Assembly: GCA_038869755.1 (NCBI GenBank)
Contig: JAWCQN010000002.1
Coordinates: 3,420 to 64,623, forward strand
Reading direction: 5' to 3'
DNA: 61,204 bases
DNA from: Candidatus Pacearchaeota archaeon
Lineage (GTDB): Archaea; Nanobdellota; Nanobdellia; Pacearchaeales; GW2011-AR1
In this document: piece after piece, positions 1 to 8,136 of the stretch
Layout of the letters: each line of letters starts with the position of its first letter
Numbering within the stretch: position 1 is the stretch's first letter
Translations under genes and position numbers: made by a program
Notes under the pieces: generated by a model
What the model saw: only the letters and a program-made list of their open reading frames with translations
What the model was told of the DNA's origin: nothing
The model's database searches: none

Positions 1-163
1 CTACTTGATCTATTTCACCTTCAACAATAGCTTCAACATCACCATTATCAAGGTTTCTTACAAATCCCTTTAGTTCTAACTCTTCAGCGTGGTCTTTTAT
101 AAAATTCCTAAAATAAAGGCCCTGCACATTACCTTTAATAGTAAACTTAACTGCTTTTTTCAT
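1..163 (-). CDS. acyP: Acylphosphatase, N-terminal part (gene runs off window start)
   Basis: Reverse-strand ATG at 163. Translation MKKAVKFTIKGNVQGLYFRNF...LKGFVRNLDNGDVEAIVEG fits the acylphosphatase signatures V-x-G-x-VQG-x-x-FR and G-[WF]-VRN-x-x-x-G-x-VE. Absent from the ORF track because it is truncated. Confidence 0.6.
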   Translation of the reverse strand, partial: MKKAVKFTIKGNVQGLYFRNFIKDHAEELELKGFVRNLDNGDVEAIVEGEIDQV

Positions 164-253
164 TTTTTCAATCTTTTTTATTATTTTTTTTGCTGAAAAA
201 CTTAAGAAATTGTAATTTATTAAATCTATGGTTTTTATATATTTTTTATGTAA

Positions 254-991
254 CTATACAAATAACGCCATCAATAGGATAAAAAATAACAACCCAATAA
301 TTGCAGCAAATATTATCCAGGAAATAATTATAATTACAAATGCCTTTCCTTTTTTAATATCATAAAACTTGCTTACTCCAATCAAACTAAAAATAAATAT
401 ATGGATAATGGCTATTAAAGTTATCATCAAATTTATAATGGCTCCTGGCTGTTTTAAGAACGATAAAAAAATTTCTTTTTGAACTTCTTTGTTTTGGGTT
501 ACCTGTAATGCCTGTAACATTGAATTATCAAAGGTAAATAGATAAAAAAATATCAGGGAAATGAAATAATAAATAAACCATATTATTATTGAGTATAAAA
601 CAATTTTGGAGCTGCTTAAAAAGTCTTTTTTAGAGCTGAATATCTTGGCTACCAAAAATATAATATAGGAGAGCAGAAAGAAAATCAAACCAATATAAAA
701 AAGCCCGTTTATTGTAGAGTAAATGATTTCTGCTAGCCATATGTAAATAGACCTCTGATCCTGATAATTTTGATAAATACTTATTAGTGCCACAACCAAA
801 ATTGATAAGATGTAAAAACCAAAAAATAATTTCAATGAATCCTGAAGTTTTTCTTTTTTAATTTTATCAAAAAATAATCCAGGAAAGACAAACATATTTT
901 TTATTTTACTAATAAAATCTATTTTAATATATTCTTTTTCAATGTCTTCAGATTTTTGTAAATGCTTCTTAGCCTCTTTTTTTCCCTTCAT
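254..991 (-). CDS. Multi-pass membrane protein (Yip1-like topology)
   Basis: 245-aa ORF with a charged N-terminus followed by about 5 hydrophobic helices. Family assignment rests on general resemblance only. Confidence 0.4.
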   Translation of the reverse strand: MKGKKEAKKHLQKSEDIEKEYIKIDFISKIKNMFVFPGLFFDKIKKEKLQDSLKLFFGFYILSILVVALISIYQNYQDQRSIYIWLAEIIYSTINGLFYIGLIFFLLSYIIFLVAKIFSSKKDFLSSSKIVLYSIIIWFIYYFISLIFFYLFTFDNSMLQALQVTQNKEVQKEIFLSFLKQPGAIINLMITLIAIIHIFIFSLIGVSKFYDIKKGKAFVIIIISWIIFAAIIGLLFFILLMALFV

Positions 992-1115
992 TTAATATCC
1001 AATCTTTTTTGATTTATAAAGGTTGTGAATAAATAGGCTGAAACATTCTTTTAAGAAGGTTATTATTTTATACATATCCTTATTAATATATTGTAATTTA
1101 TTTAGCCATACAAAA

Positions 1116-1829
1116 ATGGTTGATTTAAAAATATCTGCAGGTTCTTATGATTTGAACAGGTTTCTTAGTGGAGGATATGAAAAAGATATTATAACAACAA
1201 TTTATGGTCCTGCAGGAAGTGGAAAAACCAATTTTTGTATGTTGGCCGCTGTTTCACAGGCAAAAAAAGGCAAAAAAGTTATTTTTGTAGATACAGAAGG
1301 TGGTTTTTCAGTTGAAAGGATAAAACAGATTTCAGAAGGAGAATATGATAGTATAATTAAAAATATAATTTTGATGAAGCCAACCAGTTTTGAGGAACAG
1401 AAAAAATCATTCAATTTGTTAGTAAAGGAAATTAAAAAACCAGATATTGGATTAGTAATTGTTGATGGGATTACAATGTTATATCGTCTCGAAATAAGCT
1501 CAAAATCAGATATACAAGAATTAAACAGGGAGTTAGCCAGACAATTAAGGACACTTTCAGAAATATCAAGGAATAAGTTTATACCAATATTAGTAACTAA
1601 TCAAGTATATTATGAATTTCTCCCTGAACATGAATTTAAGGAAGGAAAAGAGAGGAGTGCAAAAATGGCTGGAGGAGATTTATTAAAATATTGGAGTAAA
1701 TGTTTGATTGAATTAAAAAATGATAACGGAAAAAGAACTGCTATTCTAAAAAAACACAGGAGCCTTCCTGAAAAATCACTTAATTTTACTATTGACAATA
1801 AGGGAATCAGAAGGAAAGGATTTTTTTAA
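1116..1829 (+). CDS. radB: RadB, archaeal RecA/RadA paralogue
   Basis: Walker A GPAGSGKTNFC and Walker B LVIVDG. 237 aa, without the N-terminal HhH domain of RadA. Confidence 0.85.
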   Translation: MVDLKISAGSYDLNRFLSGGYEKDIITTIYGPAGSGKTNFCMLAAVSQAKKGKKVIFVDTEGGFSVERIKQISEGEYDSIIKNIILMKPTSFEEQKKSFNLLVKEIKKPDIGLVIVDGITMLYRLEISSKSDIQELNRELARQLRTLSEISRNKFIPILVTNQVYYEFLPEHEFKEGKERSAKMAGGDLLKYWSKCLIELKNDNGKRTAILKKHRSLPEKSLNFTIDNKGIRRKGFF

Positions 1830-1847
1830 TAATCTCTTTCTTTTGAA

Positions 1848-4175
1848 TCATTGGTCTTTGATATCAAGGTTGTTTGTGTTGTTTTGAACACCATTATATT
1901 CCTTTTTTTGCCTGCTTTCACAATCAGGATTGAAACAAAAAATCCACGGCCTTTTTCCTTTCCTTATAGAAATTAACATATTCCATCCACATAGTTCACA
2001 AATTTTCTCGGATTTTTTTATTAGCCCGTTTGGAGGAAGAGAATAGGTTATTTTACAATCAGGATAAGCCGAACATGCAATAAAATACCTATTTGAAGAT
2101 TTATTGTATTTGATAGTTAAGTCTCCATTGTTACAGATTTTACACTGCATAATTAAATTTTCTTTTTTTTGCTTTTCCCATAACTCTTCTGTGGCTTTGA
2201 CCAAATCTTTTCCAATTTCATGCTTATTTTTCGAGAATTCGTTACCTATTTTGTAAATAATTGATTTTGTTTCATCAATTATCTTTTCTTCTTTTTCAAA
2301 AGGGTTTTTTGATTGCCTTAGCTCATCTAATTTTTTTTCCATTTCCCTTGTCAGATTTTCATCAATTATTATTGGAGAGTTTTTTTCCAAAGTATCTATT
2401 AGCGATATTCCCAAGCTTGTCGCCTGTATGTTTTTTTCTCCAAATATATATCCTCTATCATATAGGGTTTCTATTATGGCAGCTCTTGTTGCCTTTGTTC
2501 CAAGGTTTCTTTTCTCAAGTTCTTTGATAAGTGAAGCAGGAGTATATCTGTGTGGCGGCTGAGTCATTTTTTCTTCAATAATAATTTTTTTTACAATTAC
2601 ATTTCTTTTTATGTCATCAAGCTCTTTTTCTTTCAATACACTTGGATAGATTTCCATCCACCCTTTCTTCCTTATAGACATGCCCTTGGCCTCAAACTTT
2701 TTTCCCTCAATATCAACGGAAATTTTTTTATCATCTAATACCGCGTCATCAAAAAAACAAGCAACAAATCTTTTTACTATTAAATCATATACATTTTTGT
2801 CGTTACCTTCTAAAATATGGAACTCTCCTGTCGGAAAAATAGATGGGTGGGCAGGATCTGTTTTTTTCCCTTCAACAGGTGTTTTTCTTGAAATTTTATT
2901 AACAAACGGATATCTGGCCTTTAATCTGTCAAGTATTTTCTCATATCCTATTTCCTTGGGAATTTTTTGGCTTGATGTTCTTGGATAGGATATTACTCCA
3001 CCAAGATAAAGTCTCTGTGCAATCTCCAACGTTTTTGAAGGATTTATTTTATATAATCTATAAACTTCTGTTTGTAATGATGTGAGATCAAATGGAGCTA
3101 AAGGAGGGACTTTTTGCTCTGTTTTAATTACTTCAGAAACACCTTCTCTACCCTCTAATTTCCTAAACTCGTCTAATATTCTTTCTTTGGTTATGTCTTT
3201 GACATATTTAACTTCAATTATTTTTTCTCCATCACTTACATCAGCAAATACCTGCCAGTATTTTGTGGGCCTGAATTTTTGTATTTCATGTTCTTTTTCA
3301 ACTATGATTTTTAAAGCAGGTCCTTGAACCCTTCCTATTGACATAAGCCTGAATTTTCCTGTTGTTTTTATCGCATCCATTAGTGCCCTTGATAAGTTAA
3401 TTCCGTAAATCCAGTCAAGATAGTGTCGTGTTTCTCCGGCAATGCCCTGCTTCCAGTCCAGACTATTAGATCTTTTTTCAAATGCTTCTTGTATCTCTTT
3501 GGATGTTAGGGTTGAGAATTTCATTCTTTCAGCGTCTTTTTGTCCGCATATATATCTTATAATATTCATTCCTATCACCTCTCCTTCTATATCATAATCA
3601 GTTGCTACCACAAATCCAGAAGCTTTTTTTGCCAAAGAAGAAATTGTATCATAGTACTTTTTTGTAAAGTCATTTTTCTTCACCATATAATTCGGCTTCC
3701 ATTTTATATCAAATGTTGGCCATGAATTTCTTGCATTCACCTGACTTAAAGTGAACAAATGTCCTACTGTACATACAACCTGTATAAGCCTGTCGTTTTT
3801 CACAAGTTCATAATAAGGGACATTATTGTATGTTCTTTTGGCAACTCCATTTTGTGAAAGAGCATCTGCAATTTTTTGTGATGCCTGTGGTTTTTCAGTT
3901 ATTATCATCATAGGGCCCGTTGGATTAAGAGTTGTTGGCCCTGAAACCCTGAATTCAATTTTTTTTCTTTTTAATTTCCCGCCTGTTTTTGACTTAGATT
4001 TGGCTTCCTTTTTTTCATCCTGTCTTTTTTGCTCAATTATTTCACTTCTTTTATTAGTTACAGGCACATCAACAGCTCCGACTATATCAGACTCATCAAC
4101 TGGAACATAGTCATGCCTTATTGTCTGCTCACTGTAGTGTTTTACAGGATCCTCAATCTTTTTTTTATCTGACAT
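1848..4175 (-). CDS. topA: Type IA DNA topoisomerase with Lys-rich N-terminal extension
   Basis: Toprim start MMIITEKPQA, acidic DYDIEGE motif and active-site Tyr context GGVISYPRTSSQ. C-terminal Cys4 zinc ribbons (CKICNNG..CSAYPDC; CELCGW..CFNPDC). About 90 aa of K/E-rich sequence precedes the Toprim domain. Confidence 0.9.
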   Translation of the reverse strand: MSDKKKIEDPVKHYSEQTIRHDYVPVDESDIVGAVDVPVTNKRSEIIEQKRQDEKKEAKSKSKTGGKLKRKKIEFRVSGPTTLNPTGPMMIITEKPQASQKIADALSQNGVAKRTYNNVPYYELVKNDRLIQVVCTVGHLFTLSQVNARNSWPTFDIKWKPNYMVKKNDFTKKYYDTISSLAKKASGFVVATDYDIEGEVIGMNIIRYICGQKDAERMKFSTLTSKEIQEAFEKRSNSLDWKQGIAGETRHYLDWIYGINLSRALMDAIKTTGKFRLMSIGRVQGPALKIIVEKEHEIQKFRPTKYWQVFADVSDGEKIIEVKYVKDITKERILDEFRKLEGREGVSEVIKTEQKVPPLAPFDLTSLQTEVYRLYKINPSKTLEIAQRLYLGGVISYPRTSSQKIPKEIGYEKILDRLKARYPFVNKISRKTPVEGKKTDPAHPSIFPTGEFHILEGNDKNVYDLIVKRFVACFFDDAVLDDKKISVDIEGKKFEAKGMSIRKKGWMEIYPSVLKEKELDDIKRNVIVKKIIIEEKMTQPPHRYTPASLIKELEKRNLGTKATRAAIIETLYDRGYIFGEKNIQATSLGISLIDTLEKNSPIIIDENLTREMEKKLDELRQSKNPFEKEEKIIDETKSIIYKIGNEFSKNKHEIGKDLVKATEELWEKQKKENLIMQCKICNNGDLTIKYNKSSNRYFIACSAYPDCKITYSLPPNGLIKKSEKICELCGWNMLISIRKGKRPWIFCFNPDCESRQKKEYNGVQNNTNNLDIKDQ

Positions 4176-4220
4176 ATCTTTAGAATTAAAGTTATTACTT
4201 ATAAATATGTTGTTAAATTA

Positions 4221-4442
4221 TTAGTGGTACTTTTCATGACTAAATAAAAATTTTGTAGATATTGCAGTTATTACAATGCCTATTATAAGCATAATTATCA
4301 ATGAAACTTTTGTTTTAAATATCTGATATGAATCTAATAGCTCCCATGCGCTTCTAAAAATCAATACTGCTGCAAATATCAACAGTATTTCCAGAGTTAA
4401 GTGAAATACCTCTTTTTTTAATAATTTTTTGCCAAAATTCAT
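4221..4442 (-). CDS. Small two-helix membrane protein
   Basis: 73-aa ORF with two hydrophobic segments; no recognisable family. Confidence 0.35.
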   Translation of the reverse strand: MNFGKKLLKKEVFHLTLEILLIFAAVLIFRSAWELLDSYQIFKTKVSLIIMLIIGIVITAISTKFLFSHEKYH

Positions 4443-4505
4443 ACTATTAAAATAAAAATGATTTTATTAAATTTTCTCTTTTTTCTCTTTGTTCTTTTAA
4501 ATTAA

Positions 4506-4558
4506 AGGGAACCTTGTTCTCTTAAAGGAGGGTTTGATAAAGGGAACCTTGGTGCCCT
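4506..4558. repeat. GC-rich intergenic repeat, copy 1
   Basis: AGGGAACCTTGTTCTCTTAAAGGAGGGT (4506-4533) is identical to 6498-6525. AGGGAACCTTGGTGCCCT (4541-4558) matches 6534-6551 at 17/18. It abuts the stop codon (4559-4561) of the phosphoesterase gene. Confidence 0.8.
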
Positions 4559-5176
4559 TTATATCTCAATAATTTTTCCTTCCCTACTAACATTGATTAC
4601 CCTTGTTTTTCCAATATGCTCTTCTAATCCTGATGCTTCATGTATGTGCCCATGAATTAAAATATCTGGCTTGAATTTTTTTATTGCATTTGCTATAGAC
4701 CTACTACCAGCTATTCCTGAAAATTCCGATTTGCTTCCTGAAGGATGCATATGAGTAACCATAATTTTTTTTTCTATACCCTTTAAACTTGAATATGCTT
4801 TTTCCAAAGCATTCATTATCTCTTTATCAGTTATATTGCCAGGGCCCGGTCCCTCTGCTCCACCTGCACCAAAAATTCCAATATTTCCATAGATTACTGA
4901 ATATCCATGAATATTTTTTATTCCATAAATATTAGCTAAAAATTCTGTTGTAGCGAAGTTATCCCAGTTTCCAGGAATAATCAAAACTTTTTTATTTTTA
5001 TCTTTGAACGGCTTGATAATGCCTTTTGTTTCAACCCACCCGGTTATATCTCCTGCAAGTATTACTAAATCAACATTTTCTTTTTCAGCTTTTTCAGCCA
5101 GTCTTTCTATTAATCTTTTATCGCCGTGTAGATCTCCAACTGCCAATATTTTTAATTTTTTAGTCTTAGTTTTCAT
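4559..5176 (-). CDS. Calcineurin-like metallophosphoesterase
   Basis: Motifs GDLHGD, GDITG, GNWD, HMHP and GHIHE appear in canonical order. Confidence 0.85.
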   Translation of the reverse strand: MKTKTKKLKILAVGDLHGDKRLIERLAEKAEKENVDLVILAGDITGWVETKGIIKPFKDKNKKVLIIPGNWDNFATTEFLANIYGIKNIHGYSVIYGNIGIFGAGGAEGPGPGNITDKEIMNALEKAYSSLKGIEKKIMVTHMHPSGSKSEFSGIAGSRSIANAIKKFKPDILIHGHIHEASGLEEHIGKTRVINVSREGKIIEI

Positions 5177-5232
5177 TTTATAGGTTAAAAAATATAAGAA
5201 AGATTTATTAATAAATATTTCCGGATGATATA

Positions 5233-5751
5233 ATGAAGAAAATTCCTGTACTCCTGTTGTTGTTGATTATAATTATTTTAATAGCATCTATTATTACAAT
5301 ATACCTATATAGTATTCCAGTCAAAGTTTCTTCTCAACCTAAATACAAACAAACATGGAATCAATCAACTTTATCAAATTTACAGGTGAATGAAAATGTT
5401 GTTGGATACATTTTAACTAAATTAGAGGCCAATAAACTGCATAATGTTCCTTTAACGAAAAATACTCCTAAAATAGAAATAGTTATAGATGATGAAACAT
5501 TTAGTGCAGAAGTAAATAGCGGCAAAATTAATGTTAAAAAAGGCCAGATAGCAAATGCAGACATAAAAATAATTATGGTTCGTCAGGATGTTATAAATAT
5601 TTTAAACTCATCTGATCAGGTAAAAGAAATTGAAAAATCAATAAATTCCGGGACAATGGAACTTGAGGTTATTGCGTCAAGATCGGAACTTTTGTCCAAA
5701 GGTTATTTGTCCCTCTATGAAAAATTTAGTGGAGAAAATCTGGAGATATGA
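5233..5751 (+). CDS. Hypothetical protein with N-terminal signal-anchor
   Basis: 172-aa ORF; N-terminal hydrophobic helix IPVLLLLLIIIILIASIITIYLY, then a soluble domain. Confidence 0.5.
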   Translation: MKKIPVLLLLLIIIILIASIITIYLYSIPVKVSSQPKYKQTWNQSTLSNLQVNENVVGYILTKLEANKLHNVPLTKNTPKIEIVIDDETFSAEVNSGKINVKKGQIANADIKIIMVRQDVINILNSSDQVKEIEKSINSGTMELEVIASRSELLSKGYLSLYEKFSGENLEI

Positions 5752-5891
5752 CTATTTTTTAATCGTAAAAACTAAAATTTAAACTTTGACATAGTAGTGA
5801 AAAAACTTATTTTTTTTGCTTTATAAATCACGAAACATTTAAAAAAGGGCATATTATAGTCCGATATATAGGTAAAATCATATATGTAAAA

Positions 5892-6167
5892 ATGGATAAG
5901 ATAAAAGATAACTTTGATATCTTTTTCAGAAGAAAGCCAGCGCTGATGATGATCGCGCTTAGAAAACTTGCCAGAGTGAGATACGGTTCTATACTTGCAA
6001 AAGAGGTTGATTGTACGTACAGCCACGCTGTTAAAATTCTCCAAACCCTTGAAGAGTTGGGTTTAGTGACATTTGAGAAAAAAGGCCGTATAAAACTGAT
6101 AAAACTTACAAAAAAAGGCATGGAAGTTGCGGACAACATTTCTAATATCAGGCAGTCAGTTGGTTAA
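5892..6167 (+). CDS. Small winged-helix DNA-binding protein
   Basis: 91 aa. The pattern GSILAKEVDCTYSHAVKILQTLEELGLVTFEKKGRIKLIKLTKKG is a typical HTH plus wing. The overlapping minus-strand ORFs look spurious. Confidence 0.6.
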   Translation: MDKIKDNFDIFFRRKPALMMIALRKLARVRYGSILAKEVDCTYSHAVKILQTLEELGLVTFEKKGRIKLIKLTKKGMEVADNISNIRQSVG

Positions 6168-6234
6168 TCTTCTGAGAAATAAAAATGAATTGGAAGAGAA
6201 AGGTTTATTTTTGAGTTTAGTAAAAATTAGTAAA

Positions 6235-6381
6235 TGGTCCCGGAGGGATTTGAACCCTCGACACCTGGATTTCTCCCGTTTTTCTGTTCTTATTCATCCA
6301 CTAAAGGGAGATGCTATAAGAAGAACCGTAAGTTCTTTTTATTAAGAGTCCAGTGCTCTAACCAGACTGAGCTACGGAACC
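6235..6381 (-). tRNA. tRNA-Lys(CUU) with ~72-nt intron at the canonical 37/38 position
   Basis: Reverse complement reads GGTTCCGTAGCTCAGTCTGGTTAGAGCACTGGACTCTTA[intron ~6271-6342]ATCCAGGTGTCGAGGGTTCAAATCCCTCCGGGACCA. Acceptor, anticodon (CTGGA/TCCAG) and T arms all pair. No encoded CCA. Confidence 0.85.
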
Positions 6382-6497
6382 GTAGCTCATTAAAGATAGG
6401 TTAATTTAAAAATTTAATTAATAAAAACTAACGGTAAATTTTATATTTTTTGAGATTATTTTTTACATGTTTATATAGGAAGTATAGCAGGAACATT

Positions 6498-6551
6498 AGG
6501 GAACCTTGTTCTCTTAAAGGAGGGTGATGCGTTAGGGAACATTGGTGCCCT
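6498..6551. repeat. GC-rich intergenic repeat, copy 2
   Basis: Same 28-nt core and 18-nt second module as 4506-4558. It ends 3 nt before the TFS stop codon (6555-6557). Confidence 0.8.
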
Positions 6552-6554
6552 ACG

Positions 6555-6872
6555 CTATTTATACTCTCTTACAGTATGTTTACATTTTGTGCACTTAAAA
6601 AAACGCGTTTCAGCTTCATCTGCAGCTCTTGTTTGTGAGGTCCAGAAATAAGCTTCCTTATTTCCACATTTTGGACATAAACTTGCCACTACCGGAAAAA
6701 CATCAGTATCTTTTTCTTTTATTACTCCAATTTCCTTGGTTTGCTCTATTTTTTCATTTGTCATTATTTTTACTTTTCCTTTGGAAATGTGTCCGCATCT
6801 GACACAACCAAAATTTTTTCTTTTTTCTTCCAATACAGAGCCACATTTCGGACAGAATTCCATATTTTTCAC
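6555..6872 (-). CDS. tfs: Transcription factor S (TFS / RNAP subunit M-like)
   Basis: N-terminal Zn ribbon CPKCG..CVRCG and a C-terminal TFIIS-type ribbon CPKCG...SQTRAADEAETRFFKCTKC with the acidic loop. Confidence 0.9.
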   Translation of the reverse strand: MKNMEFCPKCGSVLEEKRKNFGCVRCGHISKGKVKIMTNEKIEQTKEIGVIKEKDTDVFPVVASLCPKCGNKEAYFWTSQTRAADEAETRFFKCTKCKHTVREYK

Positions 6873-6933
6873 CTTATTTGTTATTTGAATTTAACAATCG
6901 TTACTATAATTTTTGTAGGTTTTTAAATTTTAC

Positions 6934-7563
6934 TTAATTTAATTTGCAAAAACCTCTCTCATTTGGGTTTCTAAAAGGTTCATAAAATATAAGTTTTAAC
7001 CATCCTATAAAAGGAATTTTTATAAAAGTTGCTTTTCCTATTATTTGTTCACTTTTAATATCAAGTTCATTTATCTCTGCATTGTTATTAGATAACGTAA
7101 ATTGCCCTTTGTTATTATCTCCTTTGGTTTGAAATGGCTCAATATTAACTAATCTATGTATGATTGGTCTTCTCTCTTTTCCTCCAGAGAAGATTATTAC
7201 ATCGCCAATTTTTAACTTCTCATGTTCTACTCCTCTGATTATAAAAATATCTCCTTTTGAAAATCCATTTTTTAGAGGAAAACTTAAAAATTGTTCTTTA
7301 CTTATTCCATTTTCTTCATACCAATCACTATTTGAGTTCCACCAATCATCAAAATTTGTTCCATGATACATAGAACAACTTTCAACAATAACTATTGGTA
7401 AAGGAGTACCCATAATTAAAGATATAATAGGGAAAAATATGAATTTAATAAAAATAAAAATTATACCTAAAAAAGTTATCCAACTTAATAGACTTTCGTC
7501 CTTCCAGATAAACTCCCAGAATTTTTTAAGTGTAGTTAAAAAATTATTCTTTTTTGTCTTCAT
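6934..7563 (-). CDS. Signal peptidase I, archaeal/eukaryal (Sec11) type
   Basis: N-terminal TM helix, catalytic Ser context VESCSMYHG, plus the GDIFIIRG, GDVIIF and IHRLV boxes. Confidence 0.8.
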   Translation of the reverse strand: MKTKKNNFLTTLKKFWEFIWKDESLLSWITFLGIIFIFIKFIFFPIISLIMGTPLPIVIVESCSMYHGTNFDDWWNSNSDWYEENGISKEQFLSFPLKNGFSKGDIFIIRGVEHEKLKIGDVIIFSGGKERRPIIHRLVNIEPFQTKGDNNKGQFTLSNNNAEINELDIKSEQIIGKATFIKIPFIGWLKLIFYEPFRNPNERGFCKLN

Positions 7564-7730
7564 TATTATTTTTTTCGAAAAGGAGGTATTTAAAAGTTAT
7601 GAAGAGAGGGTATTTTTTAAGAATTTCTTACACTTTAAAAAACCAAAAACTTTATATACTGGCGTATATCTAATATGTATATACAATATAGGATATACAA
7701 TAGTGTATCCTATACCCCTTTCACACCCCT

Positions 7731-7756
7731 GACGCTGTGTTTAATAACACAGCGTC
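7731..7756. repeat. Perfect 9-bp GC-rich palindrome (GACGCTGTG-N8-CACAGCGTC)
   Basis: Read directly from the sequence. It sits 12 nt upstream of the ATG at 7768, in an otherwise AT-rich divergent intergenic region. Confidence 0.7.
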
Positions 7757-7767
7757 TTTATACTAAT

Positions 7768-8136
7768 ATGGAAGACGATATATTTGATAACACAATAGTT
7801 TGTAAGAAATGTGAAGTTAAAATGAATAAGTTACAATTTCTTAAAAATGGATTTACATTCAGAGCTGTTCAGTGCCCAAAATGCGGGAATAGAATAGTTC
7901 ATCCACAAGATAAGGCCGATTATGAACTATATAATAATTTAAGGAATAAGGATTTTAGGGTTAAAATGAGAATGGTTGGAAATAGTTATACAATTTCTAT
8001 ACCAAAGGAAATAGCGAACTTTATAAATGAACAAAACAGATTAATGGATGATATGGTAAGACTCAGTTTAGAAAGGATGGGTAAATTGTCTCTGATATTT
8101 GATAGAATAAATGAAGATAGAGGAAAAAATGAGTGA
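7768..8136 (+). CDS. Zn-ribbon plus AbrB/SpoVT-like domain protein
   Basis: CKKCE..CPKCG ribbon followed by RMVGNSYTISIPKEIANF, the swapped-hairpin AbrB signature. Start placed at the first ATG in frame. Overlaps the cdc48 start region. Confidence 0.55.
   Translation: MEDDIFDNTIVCKKCEVKMNKLQFLKNGFTFRAVQCPKCGNRIVHPQDKADYELYNNLRNKDFRVKMRMVGNSYTISIPKEIANFINEQNRLMDDMVRLSLERMGKLSLIFDRINEDRGKNE

Noticed and set aside
5772-6139. Two minus-strand ORFs (90 and 103 aa)
   Set aside because: They overlap the + strand winged-helix gene, which has a recognisable HTH-wing pattern. The minus-strand translations are low-complexity and hydrophobic.
6271-6342. Possible C/D-box sRNA inside the tRNA-Lys intron (TGGATGA ... 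CAGA)
   Set aside because: The box-like elements are imperfect and only 7 nt apart, leaving no room for a guide. No proper CTGA D box is present.
6127-6345. 72-aa ORF overlapping tRNA-Lys
   Set aside because: It runs antisense through the tRNA and its intron, so it is spurious. The same applies to 28391-28594 over tRNA-Ala.
4506-6551. The two GC-rich repeats as a DGR template/variable repeat pair or a CRISPR fragment
   Set aside because: No reverse transcriptase or cas genes are present. The copies are about 55 nt, non-coding, 2 kb apart, and differ by indels rather than by adenine-specific substitutions.
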